From a virus: a stretch of DNA of 64,000 bases. The notes below the pieces were generated by a model. It did not search any database, had not been told where the DNA came from, and saw only the letters and a program-made list of their open reading frames with translations. Shown here piece after piece: positions 21,530 to 30,496 of this stretch. The stretch covers positions 28,078-92,077 of the IMG/VR virus record IMGVR_UViG_3300046007_008124. One strand, given 5' to 3'. Both the position numbers and the translations under genes were made by a program. How positions within the stretch are numbered: the stretch's first letter is position 1; each line of letters begins with the position of its first letter.

Positions 21530-23190
21530 TTACATTAGTAACTGGTCTTTGGGATATTGGTAGAGGTGAATTATCTGATGGGTGGTCAAGATCATTTGAT
21601 CACTATTTAGATAAATTTTCACAACTATTAAAGGTTGATAACAATATGATAATTTTTGGTGATCAGAAATTAAAAGAGTTTGTTTTTAAATATAGAACAG
21701 AGGAAAATACTCAATTTATATTAAAACCAGTTGATTGGTTTAAAAACAACGAGTTTTATGAATTAATCCAAAACATTAGAAAAAATCCATCTTGGTATAA
21801 TCAAGTAGGTTGGTTAAAAGAGTCAACACAAGCAAGACTTGAGATGTATAATCCACTTGTTATGTCAAAGATGTTTTTATTACACGACGCAAAACTTTTA
21901 GATAAGTTTGATTCAAAATTATTATACTGGATTGATGCCGGACTAACAAACACGGTACATCCTGGATATTTTACACACGACAAAGTTTTAGATAAGATAC
22001 CAAAATTATTTAAAAAATTCACATTTGTTTGTTTTCCATATAAAGCAGAAACAGAAGTTCACGGATTTAAATATGATAAGATGTGTGAGTTATCCGGAAA
22101 AAATACAGAAATAGTTGCTCGTGGTGGATTTTTTGGTGGAGATAAAGATTCAATATCACAGATGAATGTTCTTTATTATAACTTGATGATGGAAACATTA
22201 AAGTCTGGTTTAATGGGAACAGAAGAATCTTTATTTACAATTCTTCTATATCAAAATCCATCACTTATTGATTATTGTGAAATAGAATCAAATGGATTAC
22301 TATATAAATTTTTTGAGGATGTTAAAAATGATAAGGTTGTATTAAAAAATAAAGGAAAGAAAATTGTGACAAATTATAATGGTGACGTTGGTTTATATGT
22401 AATTACATTTAACTCACCAAAACAATTTGAAGTTTTAATAAAATCAATGTTGGATTATGATTCAAATTTTATTCATAAGACCAAAAAGTTTTTACTGGAT
22501 AATTCAACCGATCTTTCAACAACTCCGAGGTATAGAGAACTATGTGAAAATTACAATTTTCAACACATTAAAAAGAATAACATTGGTATAACCAGAGGTA
22601 GAGTTTTTGTTGCCGAACATTTTAACGAACAAGAAAATTTATCACATTATTTTTTCTTTGAGGATGATTTTGGTTTCTATTCCGGAAAAGATATTACCTG
22701 TAAAAACGGTTTTATAAGAAAAATTAATAATATATATGAAAAAACTTTAGAAATAATTAAAAAAGAAAATTTTGACTATTTAAAATTGAATTTTACCGAA
22801 TTTTATGGTTCTCACAATAAACAATGGAGTTGGTATAATGTAAGTCAACAATATAGAGAAAGTCACTGGCCAAACAACCCAAAGTTACCAAAACAAGGAC
22901 TTGACCCAAATTCACCAAATCTTGAATTTAAACATATACAATCACATAAAGGATTGGCCTATGTTTCTGGTGAAATTTATTTATCCAACTGGCCAATATT
23001 AATGACAAAGGAAGGAAATTATAATTGTTATATTAAAACAAAATTCCAACATCCATACGAACAGACTTTAATGTCAAATTGTTATCAAGAAATAATTAAA
23101 GGAAATATTAATCCAGGATTACTTCTTGCAACACCAACAGAACACAATCGTTTTGATTTTTATGAATCTTCATTAAGAAAAGAGTGTTAA
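21526..23190 (+). CDS. HtrL/YibB-like glycosyltransferase domain fused to a GT-A-like domain
   Basis: N-half: TLVTGLWDIGR, WIDAG, GGFFGG, GTEESL. C-half: LLDNST...GITRGR...FFEDD. Confidence 0.65.
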   Translation: MITLVTGLWDIGRGELSDGWSRSFDHYLDKFSQLLKVDNNMIIFGDQKLKEFVFKYRTEENTQFILKPVDWFKNNEFYELIQNIRKNPSWYNQVGWLKESTQARLEMYNPLVMSKMFLLHDAKLLDKFDSKLLYWIDAGLTNTVHPGYFTHDKVLDKIPKLFKKFTFVCFPYKAETEVHGFKYDKMCELSGKNTEIVARGGFFGGDKDSISQMNVLYYNLMMETLKSGLMGTEESLFTILLYQNPSLIDYCEIESNGLLYKFFEDVKNDKVVLKNKGKKIVTNYNGDVGLYVITFNSPKQFEVLIKSMLDYDSNFIHKTKKFLLDNSTDLSTTPRYRELCENYNFQHIKKNNIGITRGRVFVAEHFNEQENLSHYFFFEDDFGFYSGKDITCKNGFIRKINNIYEKTLEIIKKENFDYLKLNFTEFYGSHNKQWSWYNVSQQYRESHWPNNPKLPKQGLDPNSPNLEFKHIQSHKGLAYVSGEIYLSNWPILMTKEGNYNCYIKTKFQHPYEQTLMSNCYQEIIKGNINPGLLLATPTEHNRFDFYESSLRKEC

Positions 23191-23216
23191 CGATATATTT
23201 ATTGTAAAAACAATAA

Positions 23217-23681
23217 ATGGAGTTCTTTATAAAGAAAAATGCGACACTTCCGGTTTTAAAAATTACAGTCGTAAAAGACGGACGAAGTGATTATAATAAT
23301 TTTATGGATTTTATTGAGGAATCTTCCATTTTTTTCTCAATGATTGATACCGAAACCGGTATTCCGAAAATACTAACAAGACCAGCAGGATTTGTAAAAA
23401 AAGAATTTATGGACCTAAACACTCCGGTTGAGTACTATGTCTATTATCAATTTACATCAAAAGATACAAGAAAAGTTGGAAGATTTGAGGGTCAATTTTT
23501 ATTTAGAAATGATGATGGAGTTTTAATCCTTCCAATAAGAGATAAACTATTTATAAACATACAAGAAAGTTTCATCGCAGATGATCTTCCTTATGAGAGT
23601 TGTTATGTTTCAGAATTTCCTTGTTGTGTAAAAACACCAGTAATTCCAGTTACAACAACCACAACAACATTACTATTTTAA
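23217..23681 (+). CDS. Hypothetical phage structural protein (possibly BppU-like fibre anchor)
   Basis: FFIKKNATLPVL N-terminus, YQFTSKDT..GRFEGQF, Thr-rich tail; directly precedes fibre genes. Confidence 0.45.
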   Translation: MEFFIKKNATLPVLKITVVKDGRSDYNNFMDFIEESSIFFSMIDTETGIPKILTRPAGFVKKEFMDLNTPVEYYVYYQFTSKDTRKVGRFEGQFLFRNDDGVLILPIRDKLFINIQESFIADDLPYESCYVSEFPCCVKTPVIPVTTTTTTLLF

Positions 23682-23696
23682 AAAAAATAATTAACT

Positions 23697-26123
23697 ATGG
23701 CAAATTTACCAATATCAGTATTACCTAATGTAAATGCAAGTGGTGTTACACAAAATGACTTACTTGTTATTGTAAACTATGATGTATTAACTGGGAACAC
23801 AAAAAACATAACAGCATTAGATTTTAAAACTTATATAAATTCCGGATCAACACAATTATATGAAGTTGGTTCTGGTACAGACTCAACACAAAGAATTGGT
23901 GTTAACGCAAATGCTATTGGTGATTACTCTGTTGTTAGTGGTGGACAAAACAATTTTGCAAATAGTGGTTACACTTTTGTTGGTGGTGGTTTAAATAATA
24001 CAGCATCTGGCGAATATTCAACAATTGGTGGTGGAGCTTTTAACACATCAGATGGTGTTTATTCAACAGTAGGTGGTGGAACAAATAACATATCAATTGG
24101 GCCTACATCATTTATTGGTGGCGGACAACAAAATACATCAAGTGGGGATAATTCAACAGTAAGCGGTGGGTACAAAAACACATCAAGTTGTAATGGTTCA
24201 ACCGTAAGTGGGGGTATTCAAAATACATCAAGTGGACAATACTCAACAGTAAGTGGTGGTCGTGGTAATACACCAAATGGATTTGCATCAACCATTAGTG
24301 GAGGTTTTAGTAATACATCAAGTGCGTACTATTCTTTTGTTGGTGGTGGGTGTGCAAATACTATTGACAGCATCATCGCTTCAAGTAGTTATTCTGTCTT
24401 TGGTTCAACAATCGGTGGAGGTTCTTATAACACAATATCATCTTATAGTAGTTGCTACGATTCATATGGTAATACAATTGCTGGAGGAACTTGTAACACA
24501 ACAGTTTCATCATATTATAATGGACAAACAATTGGTGGGGGTGTATGTAATGTAACCTCCAATGATTTTTCAACAGTAAGTGGGGGTTATCTTAACACAT
24601 CAAGTGGTTCTGTTTCAACCGTAAGTGGTGGACTTAGAAACACATCAAACGGAAATTCTTCAACTATAAGTGGTGGTCAGTGTAACACATCAAGTGATTG
24701 TAACTCAACCGTAAGTGGCGGTTTTGCCAACACGGCTTCAAATAGTTATTCAACAGTAGGTGGTGGTGGTCAAAATAGGTCAATCGGATGTTCATCAACA
24801 GTAAGTGGTGGACTACAAAATACTGCAAGTTGTAGTTCTTCAACCGTAAGTGGTGGTCGTTTAAACACATCAAGTGGTCAATATTCATTTATTGGTGGTG
24901 GATCTGGTAATACAGCATTTAATCTTTATTCAACAGTTGTTGGTGGTAGAGAAAATACATCAAGTGATGATTACTCATTTATTGGTGGTGGTTGTGGTAA
25001 TAAATCAATTGGTTGTTATTCAACCGTAAGTGGTGGTTTGCTTAACACATCAAGTAGTTCTTGTTCATTTGTTGGTGGTGGTCAGACAAACACAACAATT
25101 GGTGGTGTATCGTTTATTGGTAGTGGAAGTCAAAATACTTCATCTGGATGTAATTCAGTTGTCACTGGTGGGTTCTGTAATAGAACAATAGGTGTATGTA
25201 ACTTCATTGGTGGTGGACAATCAAATATAACATCAGGTAGTACATCAACAGTAGTCGGCGGCCTTGAAAATAATTCAATAAACAATATGACATTTGTTGG
25301 TGGAGGTTTTCAAAATACATCAAGTGGAGTTTATTCAACAATTGGTGGTGGTCGTCAAAATACATCAAGTGGTTGTTATTCAACAATTGGTGGTGGTTAT
25401 AAAAACACAACAAATAATAATTCAGTAACTGTAAGTGGTGGAGTACGTAACACATCAAGTGGTTATAGCTCAACAATTAGTGGGGGGCAACGTAATACTA
25501 GTTCAGCCTATGGTTCATTTGTTGGTGGAGGTAGACTTAACGTTAGTGCAAACTCATCTTCAGTTGTTACTGGAGGTGATTCAAATACCGCTTTAGATTT
25601 TTACTCATCAATTAATGGTGGAAATCAAAACACAACAAATGGTTTTGCCTCAACTATTGGTGGTGGTTGGAAAAATACGTCTAACGGTATTTGTTCTGTT
25701 ATTGGTGGTGGTTCATTTAATATTTCTAGTACAGATTTTTCAGCAATACTTGGTGGATCTGGAAACACAGCAAATGGTGCTTGTAGTTTTATTGGTGGAG
25801 GTCTTAATAATGTAACAAACGATAAAGCAATTGTTATTGGTGGTGGTAGAGCTAATCAAGTTACTGCACCATGTTCTGTAATTTTAGGTGGGCAAAATAA
25901 TTCAATTTGTACAATTTATTCTGGTATATTGGGTGGGTGCGGAAACTCTGTTGGTCACAACTGTTCATTTATTGTTGGTCATGGTATATCAACATCATGC
26001 CCAAATACAACATATGTCAATTGTTTAAATATTGTAAGTTTACCAACAGAAGCAAGTTTACCTCTCCCAACAGGAACATTATATAGATGTACATCGGATA
26101 ATTCAATTTATTCGGTACCATAA
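23697..26123 (+). CDS. Tail fibre/adhesin paralog 3
   Basis: MANLPISVLP N-terminus, LYEVGSGTDSTQR, long uninterrupted run of 15-aa repeats. Confidence 0.7.
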   Translation: MANLPISVLPNVNASGVTQNDLLVIVNYDVLTGNTKNITALDFKTYINSGSTQLYEVGSGTDSTQRIGVNANAIGDYSVVSGGQNNFANSGYTFVGGGLNNTASGEYSTIGGGAFNTSDGVYSTVGGGTNNISIGPTSFIGGGQQNTSSGDNSTVSGGYKNTSSCNGSTVSGGIQNTSSGQYSTVSGGRGNTPNGFASTISGGFSNTSSAYYSFVGGGCANTIDSIIASSSYSVFGSTIGGGSYNTISSYSSCYDSYGNTIAGGTCNTTVSSYYNGQTIGGGVCNVTSNDFSTVSGGYLNTSSGSVSTVSGGLRNTSNGNSSTISGGQCNTSSDCNSTVSGGFANTASNSYSTVGGGGQNRSIGCSSTVSGGLQNTASCSSSTVSGGRLNTSSGQYSFIGGGSGNTAFNLYSTVVGGRENTSSDDYSFIGGGCGNKSIGCYSTVSGGLLNTSSSSCSFVGGGQTNTTIGGVSFIGSGSQNTSSGCNSVVTGGFCNRTIGVCNFIGGGQSNITSGSTSTVVGGLENNSINNMTFVGGGFQNTSSGVYSTIGGGRQNTSSGCYSTIGGGYKNTTNNNSVTVSGGVRNTSSGYSSTISGGQRNTSSAYGSFVGGGRLNVSANSSSVVTGGDSNTALDFYSSINGGNQNTTNGFASTIGGGWKNTSNGICSVIGGGSFNISSTDFSAILGGSGNTANGACSFIGGGLNNVTNDKAIVIGGGRANQVTAPCSVILGGQNNSICTIYSGILGGCGNSVGHNCSFIVGHGISTSCPNTTYVNCLNIVSLPTEASLPLPTGTLYRCTSDNSIYSVP

Positions 26124-26159
26124 TTAAAACTAAAACATATTTATAAATAAAAATAAAAA

Positions 26160-29100
26160 ATGGCAAATAAAAGAATATCACAATTACCTTATGTAGGAAA
26201 CACTGGTTATACATCAAATGATATAATGCCAATTGTAAATTATGATGTATCAAGTGGTACAACAAAAAATACACCTCTTGTTGATTTAAAAGCTTATATT
26301 TTAAGTGGTTCAACAGATTATTATGTAACAGGTGGAACTTATTCTGGTGGAACATTAGTTTTGGATAGACAAAATGGTTCAGTAACAATAAATGGTTTTA
26401 CAACTGGAACAACATTATATGAAGTTGGTTCTGGAGTTGACTCAACACAAAGAATAGGTGTTAATAATGATGCAAGTGGGGATTACTCAACCGTAAGTGG
26501 TGGTCGTCAAAACACATCAAGTGGTTATTATTCTTTTATTGGTGGTGGACAACAAAATCTAATAACAGGATATACAGCAACAATAAGTGGTGGGTATTTA
26601 AACACATCAAGTGGTTGTTATTCATTTATTGGTGGAGGAGTTGCTAATAATGTAACAAATATTAAATCGACCGTAGGTGGTGGTGGTTGTAATACCTCAA
26701 GTGGTTATTATTCAACCATAAGTGGTGGAAGATTAAATAAATCAAGTAATTGTGGATCAACAGTAAGCGGTGGAGGACGTAACACATCAAGTAATTATAA
26801 TTCAACCGTAAGTGGTGGTTATTGTAACACATCAAGTGGGGATAATTCAACCGTAAGTGGTGGACGTAGTAACACAGCAAGTAATTATAATTCAACTGTA
26901 AGTGGTGGTTATAGTAACACATCAAGTGGTTACGCCTCATTTGTTGGTGGTGGAGTAAATAACACATCAAGTGGTGATTGCTCAACCGTAGGTGGAGGTC
27001 GTAATAACACGTCAAATGGACCTGGAAACTTTATTGGTGGTGGACTTGCTAACTTTACCGACAATAAATTTTCAACTGTAAGTAGTGGATATCGTAACAC
27101 ATCAAGTGGTGGATATGCAACAGTAGGTGGGGGTTTTTGTAACACATCAAATGGTGATTTTTCTGTAATTGGTGGTGGTCGTGAAAACACATCACAAAAT
27201 GATTTTGCGTCAGTTTTTGCTGGATCTGGTAATACAGCATCAGGGTACTATAGTATTATTGGTAGTGGTATCAAAAATACAAATAATAGTGATCTTGGTT
27301 TTCTTGGTGGTGGTTTTTGTAATACATCAAGTGGTTACGATGGAGTACTTGGTGGTGGTGGATGTAATACATTAAATAATTTACTTGGTGGTGTAATTGC
27401 CGGTGGTAGATTAAATACTGTTGTTGGTATCGCCCCAAATACAATTGGGGGTGGTTTTGGAAATAATATATTTGCTTTTGGTCCATCAACAATTAGTGGT
27501 GGATACTTAAACACAACAAGAAGTGACTACTCTACAGTAGGTGGTGGTTCATTAAATACAATAGATTCAATAACAACACAATCTGGTTATTATGTCTTTG
27601 GTTCATCAATAGGTGGGGGTTCTTGTAATACAATATCATCTTATAGTGCATCTTATGATTCTTTTGGTAATACAATTGCCGGAGGAACTTGTAATGTAAC
27701 TGTATCATCATATAGCAATGGTCAAACAATTGGTGGAGGATATCGTAATACAACATTGTGTGATTACGCAACCGTAAGTGGTGGTTATCGTAACACATCA
27801 AGCGGTAATATCTCAACCGTAAGTGGAGGTATTAATAACGCATCAAGCGGTAATATCTCAACCGTAAGTGGCGGTCGTTGTAACACATCAAGTGGTAATT
27901 CTTCAACCGTAAGTGGTGGTCGTAATAACACATCAAGTGGGGATTACTCAACCGTAAGTGGTGGTTATCGTAACACATCAAGCGGAAGTGGTTCATTTAT
28001 TGGTGGGGGAGAAAATAATGTTTCAGGAATAAATGGAACCGTAAGTGGTGTTTATAATCAAACATACACTGGTGGAACTTTAAATGGAACATTTAATTCA
28101 ATATCTCCATCATCAACATCTTCTGGTTATGGTAATGGTGCAACATTTAATTTTGTTTTTAACACAGGAATTTTAACTACTGTTAATCTTGTAACAATTG
28201 GTTCTGGATATGTAAACGGAGATTTGTTAACATTTGATGGAACTTTATTTGGTGGATCAAGTGGAACCGATGATGTTACTTTAAATATTAATACACAAAC
28301 AATTGGACCATTCTCAACTGTAAGTGGTGGTGTTAATAACACATCAAGTGGTAAATATTCAACCGTAAGTGGTGGAGTAAATAACACATCAAGTGGTGAT
28401 AATTCATTTATTGGCGGTGGTGTATGTAATACATCAATTGGTGCCGCTTCATTTATTGGTGGTGGCGTTCGAAACACATCAAGTGGTCAATATTCATTTA
28501 TTGGTGGTGGACTTAGAAACACATCAAACGGAAATTCTTCAACAATAAGTGGTGGATATCGTAACACATCAAGTGGTATATATTCATTTATTGGTACCGG
28601 AGAATGTAACACTATTGATTCTGCTTATTCAGTTGTAAACGGCGGAGTAAATAATACTTCACTTAATATATATAATAGTATATTAGGTGGTTCCGGAAAT
28701 ACAATAAATCACGACTTCTCAAGTGCCGTTGGTAAAGATGTCACGTCAGTTTCAGCTTGTACATTCCACGTAAATTATTTGGCGTTACAAAATACGCCAG
28801 AAACAGATAGTACTAATAACAATTTCTTGGTTAGAGACACATCAACAGGTATTTTAAAAACAAGAGATATTTCTCAATCAGCAAACTACTCAACAAGTGC
28901 TATAACATCCTCACAAACCTTAACTTGGGATAAAGTATATTGGGGTGTTAGTGGATCATCAAATGTTGATTTAACATTACCAACAACAACGTCAAAAGAT
29001 GGTTACTTTTTAATAATTAAAGACGAATCCGGAACCTCCGGATCTTTTAGAATAAGATTAACACCGGCATCGGGTTTGATTGATGGGAATTCATACGTTG

Positions 29101-29165
29101 ATATGAATATAAACTATATGTCTCTTACCATTATGGTGAGAAACGGAAATTGGTATTTAATTTAA
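26160..29165 (+). CDS. Tail fibre/adhesin paralog 4
   Basis: MANKRISQLP N-terminus, 15-aa repeats, one 97-aa plug-in domain, C-terminal LTLP...IIKDE...GNWYLI domain. Confidence 0.7.
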   Translation: MANKRISQLPYVGNTGYTSNDIMPIVNYDVSSGTTKNTPLVDLKAYILSGSTDYYVTGGTYSGGTLVLDRQNGSVTINGFTTGTTLYEVGSGVDSTQRIGVNNDASGDYSTVSGGRQNTSSGYYSFIGGGQQNLITGYTATISGGYLNTSSGCYSFIGGGVANNVTNIKSTVGGGGCNTSSGYYSTISGGRLNKSSNCGSTVSGGGRNTSSNYNSTVSGGYCNTSSGDNSTVSGGRSNTASNYNSTVSGGYSNTSSGYASFVGGGVNNTSSGDCSTVGGGRNNTSNGPGNFIGGGLANFTDNKFSTVSSGYRNTSSGGYATVGGGFCNTSNGDFSVIGGGRENTSQNDFASVFAGSGNTASGYYSIIGSGIKNTNNSDLGFLGGGFCNTSSGYDGVLGGGGCNTLNNLLGGVIAGGRLNTVVGIAPNTIGGGFGNNIFAFGPSTISGGYLNTTRSDYSTVGGGSLNTIDSITTQSGYYVFGSSIGGGSCNTISSYSASYDSFGNTIAGGTCNVTVSSYSNGQTIGGGYRNTTLCDYATVSGGYRNTSSGNISTVSGGINNASSGNISTVSGGRCNTSSGNSSTVSGGRNNTSSGDYSTVSGGYRNTSSGSGSFIGGGENNVSGINGTVSGVYNQTYTGGTLNGTFNSISPSSTSSGYGNGATFNFVFNTGILTTVNLVTIGSGYVNGDLLTFDGTLFGGSSGTDDVTLNINTQTIGPFSTVSGGVNNTSSGKYSTVSGGVNNTSSGDNSFIGGGVCNTSIGAASFIGGGVRNTSSGQYSFIGGGLRNTSNGNSSTISGGYRNTSSGIYSFIGTGECNTIDSAYSVVNGGVNNTSLNIYNSILGGSGNTINHDFSSAVGKDVTSVSACTFHVNYLALQNTPETDSTNNNFLVRDTSTGILKTRDISQSANYSTSAITSSQTLTWDKVYWGVSGSSNVDLTLPTTTSKDGYFLIIKDESGTSGSFRIRLTPASGLIDGNSYVDMNINYMSLTIMVRNGNWYLI
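28017..28307 (+). repeat. 291-bp dispersed repeat, copy 4
   Basis: Near-identical to the copies about 20 kb upstream in the 6113 gene. Confidence 0.9.
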
Positions 29166-29169
29166 TATT

Positions 29170-30390
29170 ATGTCATTTATTTTTAACAACTCAATAAAGT
29201 ACGCGGACGGTCCAAATATGGACGCATTTGGAAGATTAAGAACCGCTGCTGTCACAAATCTTTTGGATATAAAACACGTTTACGATAAAAATCCATTACA
29301 AATTAGTGAAGTAACTGCAGGTACTGCAACATCAATATTCAATCAACAATATGCGAGAGTTAGAATGTCAACATCAGCAAATAATGATTTGGTTATTAGA
29401 CAAACTAAAACACACCCAATTTATCAACCAGGTAAAAGTCAACTATTTGAAGGCAGTTTTTCAAACTTCCAAATAGAAACAAATATAATTAAACGAATTG
29501 GATGTTTCACATCAACAACGGCATCCACGTACAATTCGGTATTTGATGGGTTCTTTTTAGAAAGTAATGGTGTAACAAGTGCGATAACATTTAACATTTA
29601 TTTAAGTGGTTCTTGTACTTATAGTGCCGATACAACAACTTGGAATAATACAGACTTTGATGTAAACAATTTTGATTGGAGTAACACAAATCTAATGACA
29701 GTAGATTATCAATGGTTAGGTGTTGGTAGGATGAGGTTTGGAATGGTATTATCGGGCCAAACATTTTATTTTTTAGACTATACTGCGGCAAATAATATAC
29801 CTACCGTTTACATGTCATCACCAAATCAACCAATTAGGTATGAAATAAGACAAGTAGGTGTTGGTTCAGGATACTTTGATATGTTATGTAGTCAAGTATC
29901 GACCGAAGGTGCGTTAAACGGACTTTACTCAACCGTTGGTGTTATAAACTCAACAACCGCAAATTTAGGAACTTCAGGTACAAAATATCCGTATATTGGT
30001 TATAGGCTTAAAGAAAGTTATAAATCAGTGACATCACAATATAGTAGTTTATCCATTTTAAACACCTCAAATGATAATTACTTAGTAACCATTGAATATA
30101 ACCCTACATTATCCGCAACCCCAAGTTGGACTGACATACCAAATTCACCATTTCAATACTCGGAATATAATGGGACCGTCACAACAACAATAACATCACC
30201 AGGACACATTATGTCATCACTTATTGGTGAATCAGGAACATCAGCAATTACAACACTTAAGGTGGATGATAATCAAATTAGAGTTGGATCTAATGTTAAC
30301 GGAACACTTGACGAAATGTGGATATGTATAACACCACTAAGCAACTCAGCAACATTTTTAGGTACTGTGGAGGTATTATATTATTTATAA
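29170..30390 (+). CDS. Hypothetical beta-rich phage structural protein (DAFGRLR type)
   Basis: DAFGRLR, YQPGKSQ and DYQWLGVGRMRFG motifs; closes the fibre operon. Confidence 0.5.
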   Translation: MSFIFNNSIKYADGPNMDAFGRLRTAAVTNLLDIKHVYDKNPLQISEVTAGTATSIFNQQYARVRMSTSANNDLVIRQTKTHPIYQPGKSQLFEGSFSNFQIETNIIKRIGCFTSTTASTYNSVFDGFFLESNGVTSAITFNIYLSGSCTYSADTTTWNNTDFDVNNFDWSNTNLMTVDYQWLGVGRMRFGMVLSGQTFYFLDYTAANNIPTVYMSSPNQPIRYEIRQVGVGSGYFDMLCSQVSTEGALNGLYSTVGVINSTTANLGTSGTKYPYIGYRLKESYKSVTSQYSSLSILNTSNDNYLVTIEYNPTLSATPSWTDIPNSPFQYSEYNGTVTTTITSPGHIMSSLIGESGTSAITTLKVDDNQIRVGSNVNGTLDEMWICITPLSNSATFLGTVEVLYYL

Positions 30391-30405
30391 TTACAAAATT
30401 TTCAT

Positions 30406-30437
30406 TTGACAATTTTTAGAGTATTAAATATATTTAT
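30406..30437 (+). promoter_or_regulatory. Host-RNAP-type promoter TTGACA-N17-TATATT overlapping a TATTTAT motif
   Basis: TTGACA at 30406-30411 and TATATT at 30429-30434, upstream of the DNA polymerase. Confidence 0.6.
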
Positions 30438-30496
30438 TGAGGTAAGGTAAATTTCGTAAACTACGAAAGCTAATACACCACTCAAAAAATATATTT

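Noticed and set aside
3201-28477. Many short antisense or alternate-frame ORFs (His/Leu-rich, Val-rich or PPLTVE-type)
   Set aside because: They are shadows of the repetitive Gly/Ser codons in the real fibre genes.
2929-29165. Diversity-generating retroelement acting on the fibres
   Set aside because: No reverse transcriptase in the window, no non-coding template repeat, and differences between copies are not confined to adenines. An RT elsewhere in the genome cannot be excluded.
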